A stretch of DNA of 35,069 bases, from assembly GCA_049999805.1 (NCBI GenBank), contig JBNGIO010006043.1:68765-103833 (forward strand). The letters run 5' to 3'. The notes below the pieces were generated by a model, which saw only the letters and a program-made list of their open reading frames with translations, made no database searches and was not told the DNA's origin. Numbering within the stretch: position 1 is the stretch's first letter; each line of letters opens with the position of its first letter. Shown piece by piece: positions 21,019 through 33,515 of the stretch. Made by a program: the position numbers and the translations under genes. Source of the DNA: Folioceros fuciformis. Taxonomy: Eukaryota.

Positions 21019-24000
21019 ATGGAGGTTGTGTCAGCTGGTCCCGACTCCATCGAGCTGCGACACCTCAATTCTGCAATGCACAAACTCAGTTCCGTGGCGG
21101 AGGATCGGGCGATCCAAAAGGTGAATCGTGCGTATCAGAACGGCGGGGATCACTCCAACGTTAGGAGTCCCGTGGCGTCCATCTTGGTTAACGGCTTCGG
21201 CAAGCCTCCGCTGCCTCACAAGGTTCCGGCAGCCACCAGTCCTGAGGTCCCGGCGGCCACCAGTCCTGAGGTTGGGGTAGCCAGGGCGGGAATCATCAAA
21301 GAGCACAAGGAGGAGAAGGAGAAGGAGGAGGTGGAAGCAGAGGAGGACGAAGACGAGGAGGAGGAAACGGAATGGGATTTCCGGGAAGACAAGGTGAGCG
21401 GCTATGGCGTGGATGAGCGGGACCTCGGCACCGCAGACAGCTGGCTCAAGCGGCACCCGGAGCTGGTGCGGCTCACCGGTCGCCATCCCTTCAACTGCGA
21501 GCCGCCGCTGTCCAGGCTCATGGATGCGGGATTCATCACGCCCGTGTCGCTGCACTACGTGCGCAATCACGGGTACGTGCCGCGAGTGCTGGACGGGGAA
21601 AGCTGGACTGTGGAGGTTAGCGGCAACGTGGCCCGCCCCGGTATCTTCACGGTCCAGCAGCTCAAGGAGGAATTCCGTCCCATATCCCTGCCGGTCACTC
21701 TGGTTTGCGCTGGGAATCGGAGGAAGGAGCAGAACATGGTGAAGCAGAGCATTGGATTCAGCTGGGGCGCAGCAGCTGTCAGCACGTCGGTTTGGAAGGG
21801 TGTCCGCCTCTGCGACCTGCTCAAGCGTGTAGGAGTCAAGAGCAAGCGTCGTGGTGCGTTGTTTGTGTGCTTCGAAGGCGCTGAGAAGCTTCCTGGCGGC
21901 GGAGGCACCAAGTAAGACCGCATCATCCTGTCCTCTGCGTCGCTCAATTGGCTCGTCGACCCAGCCTTGGCTTTGCCTGCTGACATCTCTTGGCTTTTCC
22001 TCGATTTAGGTATGGCACCAGCCTCAAGATTGATGTGGCCATGGACGAGGCCAACGACATTCTGCTCGCTTACGAACAGAACGGCAAGGAGTTAGAGCCG
22101 GACCATGGATTCCCCATCCGCATGATCATTCCTGGATACATCGGAGGCCGCATGGTGAAGTGGCTCACCAAAATCTGGGTCACCTCTGAAGAATCCGACA
22201 ACTTTTACCATTTCAAGGACAATCGTGTTCTACCTTCGCATGTGGACGCCGAAAAGGCCAACGATGAAGGTCTGACCCTCGTACTGTATCTGCTCCTTCA
22301 TTCCATGCCTGCCTTCTCCTCAACCTAAACTCGCGGCCTACAGGATGGTGGTACCATCCGGATTACATCATCAACGAGCTCAATATCAACTCTGCCATTA
22401 CCACACCAGCTCATGCCGAAGTTCTTCCCATCAATCTCACAACGGTGCAGCGTCCTTACATTTTCAGGGGCTATGCCTACACAGGTGGTTCTTTTGCTAT
22501 ACCTCGTTTTCTCTTTAAATGATGCTCCTTTGACGTCTGGTGTGGACATAAGTGAGTCATCAGAACGCCTGACCAATGTTCTTGTGTCATGTCACGGCGC
22601 CAGGAGGCGGCAGGAAAGTGATCAGAGCAGAGGTGTCTTTGGACGGAGGTGCGGAATGGAGACTGGCCAAGATCACTCAACCAGAGAAGCCCACCAAGTA
22701 CGGTAGGTATTGGTGCTGGTGCTTTTGGGAGCTTGAAGTCGAAGTTACAGAGCTCCTTTCAGCGAAGGAGCTGATTGTCCGGGCATGGGACAGTGCGCAG
22801 AACACTCAGCCCCAGGACCTCACCTGGAATGTCATGGTATGACCAGCCACGTGACACCCGAACCTAACATTCAAGCTCTTGGACAGCTACAGCCGCACTA
22901 ATCGCCATGTTACTTACAGGGGATGATGAACAACTGCTGGTTCAGAGTGAAGGTGCACCCTTGCAAGCCCAAGGGAGGAGGAATCGGACTTACGTTCGAG
23001 CATCCCACCAGGCCAGGCAACCAGTCGGGAGGCTGGATGGTGAAGGAGAAAGACGAGGAGAAAGTAGAGACAGACAAGAAGTCCAAGAAGTCCCTGACTA
23101 AATCCGTCTCCTCTCCATTCCTCACCGAACACAAGCGCCAGATCACTGTCTCCGAGCTGCGGAAGCATGCCACTGATGAATCGGCTTGGATTGTGGTCCA
23201 CAACAAGGTCTACGACACCACCAAGTTCCTGGAGGACCACCCCGGGGGCAAGGACAGCATCATGATCAACGCGGGCTCCGATTGCACAGAGGAATTCGAC
23301 GCCATCCACTCCACCAAGGCCAAGAACATGCTGGAAGAATACTACATAGGCGAGCTGACCGTGAACGGCAGCCTGTCGGTGGAAGCCACGCCAGACAACA
23401 GCATGAGGGGTGGCACAGCATTTGCGCATCTGAAGACCATCGGGGACCTGAAGCCCCCGGTTGCACTCAACCCCAGGGAGAAGATTTCCTGCCGCCTCAT
23501 CGAGAAGGAGAGCATCAGCCACGACGTTCGCCGCTTCAGGTTCTCGCTCCCAAGCCCGACCCATATCCTGGGCCTGCCAGTCGGGAAGCACATTTTCCTT
23601 AGTGCAAGAATCAACGACAAGCTGGTGATGCGCGGGTACACTCCCATCACCTCCGACGATGAAGCAGGCTACTTCGACCTGGTAGTGAAGATATATTACA
23701 AGGGCGTGGACCCCAAGTTTCCCAACGGCGGCCTCATGTCTCAGCATCTGGAGTCACTCCACATCGGCGACACCGTCGACGTCAGGGGTCCGCTAGGGCA
23801 TCTCCATTACAAGGGTCAGGGCTCCTTTACTAGCGACGGCAAGCCACATTTCGCCAAGAGGATCAACATGCTTGCAGGCGGCACCGGCATCACTCCCATG
23901 TACCAGGTGATGCAGGCCATTTTCAAGGACCCGCTAGACCACACCGAGATCTCCCTCCTCTACGCCAACCGCACAGTGGACGACATCCTCCTTCGACCCG

Positions 24001-24245
24001 AGCTGGAGAAATGGCAGCAACAGCATAGATCCAGGTTCAAGATCTGGTACACCGTGCAGACGGCGCCCGAAGGATGGAGCTACGATGAGGGGTTCATGAC
24101 GGAGCGCATGTTCCAGGAGCACCTCTTCCCGCCCGCACCCGACACTGTGTCGTTCATGTGCGGCGCCCCGCCCATGCTCCAGTTCTGCTGCCACCCGTTC
24201 CTCGCAGCTCTGGGACACGAGAAATCGACAACCTTCGTCTTCTGA
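21019..24245 (+). CDS. NIA: Assimilatory nitrate reductase (Moco, dimerisation, cytochrome b5, FAD and NAD(P)H domains), ~950 aa
   Basis: Exons 21019-21911, 22010-22269, 22344-22484, 22604-22836, 22920-24245 (2853 nt, GT-AG). Motifs [58 protein letters not shown], hinge-1 KSVSSPF, heme HPGG and [35 protein letters not shown]. Confidence 0.98.
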
Positions 24246-24596
24246 GCTTGTCTTCCCGTCTTTTCCTTGTACAGAATTATTGCGGTTGGACAGTCCCACA
24301 AATGCGTAGACCACACCCGGACATGGGACTGATGACACCCTATGTAATTTTATTCGAAATATACATACATAAATATCTACCGAGTCTCCGGGGCTTTAGG
24401 GAACCAAAAAACTCGAGAAGCCGGCACACCATCCGAAGGCCCGAGAAATGAACTCTGCGTGTGGAATTTTGGCGGGAACGATCCTCCAAATTAGGGTTCT
24501 TTTATGAGTGAGTACTCTGAGAGTCTCGAGTTGCAAGAGTCGAGATGCGCGGGTTGCAAATGCTGATGGGTGCGGGAAGGAAGAGATGCGGCAGGA

Positions 24597-27464
24597 ATGG
24601 ATCGCGTGGAAGAATTGAGCAGGGTCTTGGAGCGTGCGGTGGAGGAGCCCCTGGCCGCGAAGGAGGTGGACAAGTTTCTGAGATGCGACAAGAGCGTGTC
24701 GCTGGTGGACAGGGCCTTGGGAATGCTTGGACATGGAGCTCCTGTGGTATGAATTTTGTGGTTTTCGTTTGGAGACGGTGGGGAGGGCACATATCGTGTT
24801 TTCTCTGAGTTCTGAAAGTTTTTGCTTTTCTTGTACAGATTTGCAGCGTGATGAGCAGCGTGCTGGTGGACACCTTGTCTGCATTGTTGCAGGCTGTGGT
24901 CTGGCGAGTGCCTGCGCTAGGTGCTGGCGAAGTGGCGGGTGGGTTTTGTTTTAGGTTGAACGAAGGTGGGACAGGCAGCTGGGGGGACCCCGGGTCTGGG
25001 ACTGGTGGCACGGTGTCGCTCTCGAGATTGGAGAGTGTGGTGAAGTTATGCGAGGCTTTCTGTTGCGGTGCGGGGAGCGATGGTGAGACCTTTTTTTTTC
25101 GTTCTGAATTCTCAGGTCTGACGTTTCTGAAGGTGATGTGCGTTGACCGAGGGATGACAGCTGTCGTATTTTGCTGTAGAAGTGACGGTGATTTGCCTGG
25201 TGGAGTGTATGTTGAAAGTTGCTGCCTCGGTTCCTGCCTGTCGATTTGACGGGGCCACGTCCATGTACCATAGAGGACCATCCCATTCTGTGAACGAGTC
25301 GGGGAAGGCGTTCCAGAGCTTTCTGGATATGGTTGTTTCCAAGAAAGAGGCGATTTACGACAAGCTCAGCCCCTGTGCCAGGTCAGTAACTGGCTGTTAT
25401 GATCGGGTGTGGGTGAGTATTGGGAACCGTCTGTGAGTGGCCTGCATAGGTTGGTTTGAGCTCTCAGCTCCTAATTGCAACTTTCTTGTTGGACAGATTC
25501 TGAAGGACTAGTTTGGGGTGGGCACAGATTGCATGCATGGCGTCTTCGACCTTCGCTGCTGGAGCATGATGTCTCCAAAGTAGCTCATGAGGCTGCAAGA
25601 CGACCACTCTTATCTATACAACAATATCTAACGGACTCAGGCGCCGGCAGGCACCTGATTGTGTGCCTGGCGCTTGCACCGGATATGTGTGCAGAAGTAA
25701 GGCGGCACTTACACACCTGGCTTCTCTTATCGTAAGTCATGGTTGGTCTGTCTTGTGTGGAATGTATTTTCGAATGGAGCCCAGGCGCTTGCGGGGTTCT
25801 GTCTACGGGTGAAGGGTAAAACTGTTTTTTATGTGTGCAGTGGTGCAGCCAGCATTTTGAGATTCCGTTCCCACCTTATGGAGGCTGTGAGGAAGGTTTA
25901 CAGTGAACCATCGACGTGGGGTCTTGATGCGGATTTGCGTTTGCTGCCAGGCCCAAATATCTGTCTTGGGTCTTTGCAACCATGTTTAAGGATACTAAGG
26001 ATGGCTCCCTGTCCGTCTGGACTTGTGGAATTGGTCAGAATTCTTGATCAGCAAGACGCTGCTGCCTCAGGTTCTCAACTTGGAAATTCTGAGAGGGGTA
26101 CGCCAGTCTCACGCTTCTTACACGTGGAGTCATTCTGGTACATGAACACACCGATTAGCGTTTTTCACGCGAGTATGCACCTGAATGTCGATAGAATGAA
26201 GTGGTGTCATGTGGTCCAATGAGCATCTGTTTATGCATGCGGCTACGAAACGCTTCTCCGTTGTCTCACTGAGCGTTGTTGTCTGATTTGTGTGGTCATC
26301 AGGAGCTTGCAATTGGACTTCTTACCCTGGTTCAAATTTGCCGTGCAAATTCTGTTCAAAAGATTTGGCCGACACACGGAGAGTGCTGTTGTCAGTACCC
26401 GTGCATCCGCTTCTAAGTATGTTTACAAGTTGATTAACCCCAGCAGTCATCTTGCAAGCGAAGGTGGAGCCGCTGAGGTGCTGGAACTAGCAGACAGGTG
26501 GATCCAGTTTTGGAGCTTAGGATCAAAACCTGAAGCAGAGAGCACTGACGGATCCCATGCAAGGCATGTAGGCCTGCGAACATTAGACAGGGACGAAATG
26601 CTTCAGGCGGAAATGAAGAGGAGGAAGAAGGACGTGGCGGAGGCTGACACGGGGCATATGGAGGTTCTGGAAAGATGGTTTGCAGATTTTTATCAAGCAT
26701 TTGATTCCAGGCAGAACTCCGAGCAGAACAGAATGAACACAGGAACACACAGGGTTGACCAGGTGGTGGCATCTCTTAGGAATCCACTGACCTCCGCCGA
26801 GACGGTGGATGTCCGTCAATCCAGCACCAAGAAACCAGGAAGCTTTCCTGATCTTGTGCTTCAGCTGCTGATTTCTGCCGATCCTACAATTCTCAACGAA
26901 GATATGGGCTGTGTGCCACTGCTTTATGTCGCTTTCGGCACGTCCGTAGAGTTAGATCTGGGCTGTCTGAGAAAGGTGGGGGAGCGTGAAGGGATCGCAT
27001 CTCATACTTCAGAGCCACACTCTTCTTCTCCTCTCTGTCAATTTTGGTGGACATGGTCAGGCGTAAGTTGCAGAGAGCCTCAGCACCGCACGGAACGGTT
27101 CACGGGGTCATGGCAGTGCCGTTTCTGGCAACAGGCGGCTGAAGCAGATATATGGAGGTGGATAAGGGGCGGGGATGCCATTTTCCATGTCATGGAAAGT
27201 GATGAATTTCTGCCAGCAGTGGTGATGAATGAAGCCCCGAAGGAGGCTACCCTTTGGGCTCCCGTGCTTCATATCCTCTTCCACTTTATGGAGGAATTGT
27301 CGGTGAGGTTGGCGAATGCCAAGCAGGCGAGCCATCTAAAAGACCTACGTGACAGATTCTGGAGATGGACTGTCGCCAAGCAGAAGCACGTTGTCGTCCG
27401 TCGAAGCTCCACGTCCTTGTTGGAGAGCTTGGACCAGCAGCTTTCACGCTGCCAGGTCGATTGA
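24597..27464 (+). CDS. Conserved uncharacterised plant protein, ~752 aa
   Basis: Six exons join in frame with GT-AG sites: 24597-24746, 24839-25082, 25180-25381, 25528-25731, 25841-26137, 26303-27464 (2259 nt). Segments RRPLL..LIVCLALAP..EVRRHLHTWLLLS|GAASIL, P..WG, FLPWFKFA..LF and ASKYV..LINP resemble a land-plant family of unknown function (recalled, not searched). Confidence 0.75.
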
Positions 27465-28739
27465 AAGAGTGACGTAATGCTGACTAGGGCGTGCATTATT
27501 GACGCATGTGTGCCGGTACATCGACTTCGCGGCCATTGGTGCACCAACCCGTTTCCCGAGACCCTGATTGTCACACGTCACGCTAGCTGATGGGAGCTGT
27601 TCAACGTACAGGGTTTCCAGGGTGCAGCTTGCTGTTGGGCTGCCCATAACACGGGAAGATGCTTTATGCACGCCTTTCCTCCAACCTGAGTGGTGGGTCA
27701 GTGCGAAATCGTCCCCGACAGGGTGCTTCTCGTAAAGCCGTTGGCGTGCATCGAGGGTCCATGTGAGGAGCATTTGCTTTCACCGGTCTGCAAGAACTTG
27801 AATCATGCAATGACACCACGAACTGCATGATTGGGCGCTGGTGAAGTGATTTGCCGTGTACGATACTTTACATTGAGGAAGGGATTACCTCAAGACAGTG
27901 ATGGAAAAACGTGTGGAAGATGCCCAATACTATTGCACACTGCAATTGCTGTCGTCGTCGAGCTAAACGCCTGGTTCCTTCGTCTTATTATTACACTCGA
28001 GAAGCTCCGTTTCCGAAGCTGCAAGCGATGACTGCCTACATAATTGACTTCAGAGACACGCAGCTGGCTGCTTACTCCGCACGTTACGTACATCAAATAC
28101 AGCCTCCATCTCTGCACCACATTTCGTCTTCTTCGCTAGAACTGAAGGTCAGAGACAGATGATGGGCGGCTATGAGAATTTGCACGTGAAATTGTGGTAC
28201 AGTCTTGCTCCGATTAGTCGTGTTTTCTATAAGCTTGAAAGCAGGCTTTTCAGAGGACTGATTCCCCAGACTTGCTCAGACTGCACGATTCATATTTGTT
28301 TGTAGGGTGACGAGAAGGCGTAGCGGAATTGCGTGGATGGCAGGCCTTCGTGAGCGTGCCAGATTTTTCTCAATCGCGTCGGGCTTGCCAAGGTTGAGCC
28401 ATTTTCACAGTAGGATACTGCAGACGTACGAGTCTCATCCTCATCCCTGTGCTGGGCTGTGCTGTGCGGACTGACACCTGCAAAATAGAACAATTGAACC
28501 AGTATTTTCTTCATTTCACACACATCTTCATTTCACACAAATGAAGACACACGATCTGCAAAAGATGGTACGGGCGTCAGAAATACGGCGCAAATTGTGT
28601 GCGGGTACATAGTAAGATGGCCATTCTGGAAGCCGAACAAGATGTAAATTCAAGAAAAAATGTCGTATACATAAGAATAGGGAACCCCAACTACTAGGAG
28701 TGAGGATGAAACTGTGTATGTCTCTTCTATCTATCGGAT

Positions 28740-30133
28740 CTATACGGTGTAGACTATTTCCTCGAGCTGCTCCATTTCAGGGGCGAAAAGTCCAACCACA
28801 GCGTCGATGCTGCCGTCCCTGACCATCGCGGGAACCAGCATGATGAGGCCCTCGAAGGGGACACCTGGAGGCCCCGCGTACACGGGTGTGCCGTGGCCAA
28901 AATCCACCTTGTACAGGGGCAGCTGAGCCCAACTGGTTACACTGAGATTAGGGCGCAGAACAGTCCGGTTACTTCTCGCAATGGGTGCAGGATTCCTCTG
29001 TTGCAGCTCCACGAAGTCCATGGCCGAGCGCATGTAATCGTTGTCCATTCTTTTGATGGCATTGTGAACTACAGTTGCCGCGGACGACAGTGGCGAGTCC
29101 ACCAATTCCTGGGCAGTGGTTTGCGGACAGGCGTGGAAGATGACGTTTCCGAAGTAGTCCTCGGAGATGGGGGGAGCCAATCTCCTCCTCCCATTGGCAG
29201 CCACCAGAGCCCTGATGACCACTCCACCTGACACACCCCGGGCCGTGGTAATGCACCTCCACAGGTGCGCCGTGAGAGACTCAAAAGTGGAAAAGCCCCT
29301 GGCATCCCCTGGCCTGGCTGCCTTGGCCTTGAGTACCTTCAGCATTTCCGGACTGAAGTGCAGCTTCTTGACGGAGAGAGGCGGAAACACCTCTTCGTCA
29401 CCGCAGGTTGACGCGGGCTTCTTGTACTCGATATGATCGAACACCGGCTCAGTCCCATTCCTCCCTCGCAGAACAGACCGATCGTGCAGGGGGGCGGAAA
29501 TGACAGGCAACCCCTGCACCGCGCTGGCCCAATCGCTCATGAACCTGCTAGCACCTTCTCCATCCGCCACCTGATGGTGACGAGCAATGCCAAGCACGAC
29601 ACCACCGCAGGCAAATTTCGTCACCTGAAGCACCACGCACGCACACACGAAAATCAGTCAGTACTATCCCTCACACATTTCCAAATCTCATTTCCCCGCA
29701 ACAAGGTTCGGCGCGCGCGCCGACCTCCCGACCGTACCTGAACCAACAGAAGCTCAGGAACTCCCCGATTAGCAGGCACCAAATCCACCAGCAGCGGGCT
29801 GGGATTGAACGGCATCACATCCTCCAGCGTCCCGTTCGCCGTAGCCTCGATGAAAACAGCTCCTTCATCGTTACAAACGATAGCCCTCCGCCCATCCGCG
29901 TCCTCCCCGAACCTCCCGGCCCACTCCCGGTAAAGCACCAGCACCTTAGCCAGGCCCTCCTCCAAGGCGGCCGCCGAGACGGCGGGAGCCGGATACGCAT
30001 ACAGAATCTCAACGTGAACTCGGGGAACAACGAGATCCGAGGAACTGAGCGGCACTACGAACTCCGCTCCTCCGCTCGCCGGCTTCACCAGCCGCGCCGG
30101 CCCCTTCTCAACCTTGATCTTGAGGATATGCAT
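28740..30133 (-). CDS. BAHD acyltransferase, resembling clade IV agmatine/putrescine hydroxycinnamoyltransferases, 426 aa
   Basis: Exons 30133-29738 and 29624-28740 with the conserved Q|V intron. HxxxD (HHQVADG), YFGN and DFGHG (DFGWG variant). YREWAGR, ELLLVQ, LHFS..L..LKAKA and AHLWRCIT.ARG are typical of ACT-like enzymes. Confidence 0.92.
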
Positions 30134-31379
30134 CGCGACCTCTTTGTGACGATTCTCACCCTCCCTCGCCCTGCTTCCTCTCCGCCCGAGGGCTCTTCCC
30201 TTCCTTCTCAACACCCCGCCACGCAAGCCTCGCCCTCTGGCGCACTCCACACCTCACCACACTGCCTGCACCACACCAGCTATGGCAAACACAGCTCAAA
30301 CTCACCAAAAGCCACCTCAACAAAGTCCTATCCACCCTCAAGTACCATCACCCGGCGGTGCAAACGGCTAGCGGCAGCGCCACTCCAGGAGGTCGATTCT
30401 CAGGCAGCCGGCGTGGAAAACGCGCAACACGGAGGAGGAGAGCGCAATCAGCGCCTATACATAGGCAAGGAAGGTACGCGCGCCAACTGTTACCCCTCAG
30501 GCCCCGGGAGAACGAGCGAAGCCGCGAGCACAGCACCAGCATGTGGTCCCGACCAGAGACTCCCTGACGCGGCCTTTTAGAGTCGGCCCCTTTTACTCTT
30601 TCACCAAAAAGTTGAAACTTATCAAAAAAAGCGCAATCCTCTCGAGCACAACGCAGGGCACGGCGGGGGCCCGGTCTCGGTGGCTCTATGTCCGCCTCCC
30701 GGGAAACGCTTCCCATCGGCCTGGGACCTGTTGAGCACTCGGCATTCCAGCAGAGCGGGACCCACACACACCACCAGCGTGCTTGGCGTACGACGCTACG
30801 ACCTCTCCACGCCGCACCACGCTGCTTCCTCTTGTGGCTCACGAAACACTTCGTTGCTCCAGTCCCCTGTCCAACCTAGTCTACACAACACTACACGTCC
30901 AGGACATCGCTCCGGAGGTCTGGAAATCATGGTCCTCACTAGTGCCTATCTCAAACTTTCCATAGCATACTCTTGCCAAGAATGAAGCTCCATCAAACAA
31001 ACTACCAAAACTGGGCCCATGTCCCGCACCCTTTCTAACCATTACTGCTAGCAAATGAGAGGGCAAAAGTGGAGGGCGCTAGCTCTTTGGATGGTCTGCG
31101 TCGTTCTCAACGCCAATGGGTCCACGAGTCCCTAAAGTTGGGTCACAAGCACTAAGGTGGCCTCCATAGCCAACTCCCATCATAGCCTAGACAATATCCT
31201 TTGATGAGGTGGGTAAAGGGGGTGTCAACCACACAATGAAGCGCCCCCTATCCCTCGTTGATGTTTAAATGTTTTTGCAATGTGGTTCACATTGCCTACT
31301 ACACAAGGAAACGGCTTACATTGTACGATTGAGCTCTAGGAGAATGTAGCCCCCTAAAACAAATAAAGACTTGCCATAC

Positions 31380-32789
31380 ATTGCAAATATGGTGAAGTGG
31401 TTTTTAAAACCATCACAATGGCCTCCGCACCGGTTTTGCCACCTCATTACTAGACAAATACAGCTAGTTGGAGAACTCACATAATGCCACCATACAAGCT
31501 GCAGTTCAAACAACGACCAACGGGCCAACAACCTACTATGACCTTGGAGGAAGTACTTGGAGCACTTCTAGCAAAGGAGCGCTCAAGATCTCTTCTCTAG
31601 AATAAAGGCTCTTCAAGAACCAACTTCAATCGAGTACTTTTTGCTTTAAGAGGGAGAGGTGGATATCGTGGCTAAGGACAAGGCATGCCCAACCTATCTC
31701 CATCAAATCAACAAGGCACACACAAGAAAACTTTCACCTATAACCGGTGTAAAATACTAGGGCATTATAAGAGGGACTATAGGACAAAAAAGAGTGATGA
31801 TCCCAAGCGAGAGTCTACCACCCAAGAGTTCAATGTGGCTGTACCTAAAGATGAAACACCTTCTATCCTTACTGTTTGCTTCAATTCAATTGTTGTTGAG
31901 GGAGATAGTAGGTTCCTTAACTCTGGAGCAACAAGTCACATTTACCACGACAAGCGGGCTTTCTCATCTTTTGTCCTCTCCAATGATGACAAGCAATTTG
32001 TGTTGTTAGGGGATGATAGTGGTTTGTCCATCAAGGGCAAGGGCTTTGTCCTTACAAGGTTGTCAAGTGGAGGGAGTCTCAGCCTCACAGACGTACTATG
32101 TGTACCCTCTATGACAAAAAAAAATTGATGTCTGTCATAAAACTTTCCTAGGAGCATGCTTGTCAAATATGCTTTAACCACACTAGTTGCAAAATATCTA
32201 GCATAGGCACTAGTTTACAATTGTCTTCATGTCAACCTTTTAATGATCCTTACTTGTTGGATGTTAACACTTTGCCGCTCTCTATGCCTTCCAAACATGT
32301 TGTTCAAGCACATTCTAGCATGCACCTTAAAGGTGCATACAATTTCCAGGTATGATTATTAATCATACATGGAAGCTAGTTAAGTTGCCTGCTAACGGAA
32401 AGCCATCACCTCCAAGTGGGTATTCAAGCTCAAATTGCATCTTGATGGATCCGTGGCTAGGTATAAGGCTTGGCTTGTAGCTCGAGGTTACACACAAGTG
32501 CAAACTCTTGATTATGACGAGGCCTTTAGCCCTTGTAGTCAAGCCAACTTTAATGAGAATGTATATTATTATGTCTTGTTATACAACACCATCTCATTAT
32601 CCATTTGATGGATGGTAAAACAGCCTTTCTTAAGGGGGCTCTTGATGAAACTATCTACATGTAGTAGCATGAGGGTTATGTTCTAGATCCAGACCTGGTG
32701 TGTGAGCTTATCAAGTCTCTGTATGGACTTAAACAGTCAGCCCGAATTTAGAATGGACGAGCAAACACAAAGCTTCGTGCTTTAGGGTT
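31380..32789 (+). mobile_element. Degenerate, internally deleted Ty1/copia retrotransposon fragment (gag, protease, RT N-terminus)
   Basis: gag MTLEEVLGALLA, eroded zinc knuckle (NRCKILGHYKRDY), protease FLNSGATSH, LTDVLCVP, then directly RT motifs WKLV..P..KAITSKWVFKLK, YKAWLVARGYTQ, HLMDGKTAFL, KSLYGLKQS, with stops and frameshifts. No integrase seen; left boundary approximate. Confidence 0.9.
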
Positions 32790-32885
32790 TGTGGGGAAAA
32801 ATATTGCACTCAGGGGTGCTGCGAGGTCTACACAAACCCTCTTTATCGTTATAGCATTGGGATTCGATCCAGAGGGAATGATTTG
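32790..32885. mobile_element. Possible terminal fragment of a second LTR element interrupting the old copia RT
   Basis: RT similarity stops at ALGF; the next sequence begins TGTGGGG and is itself cut by the LTR at 32886. Confidence 0.4.
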
Positions 32886-33373
32886 TGTTAAATAATGTAG
32901 GTTGTCTCACAAAGTCAATTACTACCCCAAGTCAGTCTCGCACGGTTACTACTACCACCTATCTGACTACCTTGACCGTGACTCCACTACCACCATCGCC
33001 TTCTCAACTACCTTATCCCCGTCTACCTTGCGACGGCCCGGCTACTCCGTCGCCCCTTCAGCTACTACTACTCCCGGCTACTTCCGGTTTCCCCTTGGCA
33101 ACGGTTGCCCAACCGGCTACCTTAGTGGGGTCCACACACTCTCTCTCCCTCCCTCTAACTCACACTCTCTTTCTCTCTCTCTCTCTCCGTACTCCCTCTC
33201 TCTACTTACCCCACGGCTTACTTTTGTTTGTAATAGCGGAAGCTTATATCAAAAGTTGTATATTGAATAATAATAAAACATTTGTGTATGTGTTTATATA
33301 CTAGGTTAAGTCTAACCCTAAATAAAAATTAGACTAACCTACCGAGTTAGGTTAAAACAATTCCACCTTAACA
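32886..33373 (-). repeat. 3' LTR (488 bp) of the copia element
   Basis: Terminal inverted hexamers TGTTAA (32886-32891) and TTAACA (33368-33373), PPT directly upstream on the minus strand, TATATAAAC box near 33300, GA microsatellite at ~33140-33200. Confidence 0.85.
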
Positions 33374-33515
33374 CCCCCACTTAACCTAACGAGGTTAAAA
33401 GAAGTATAAGCCATAAATACGCACACAGCATCGTACACGCCCGTATACAAGCGAAAACCACCAACCACGGGCACACGCGGCACAATAACTCCTCACACAC
33501 AAGCCAAACACACAC

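Noticed and set aside
5252..30133. Functional cluster linking nitrate reductase, Ca2+ pump, phosphatase-like protein and BAHD
   Set aside because: No nitrite reductase, nitrate transporter or shared-pathway enzymes are present; adjacency is explained by a compact genome.
32885..33304. 139- and 122-aa ORFs
   Set aside because: They lie wholly within the LTR and its CT microsatellite.
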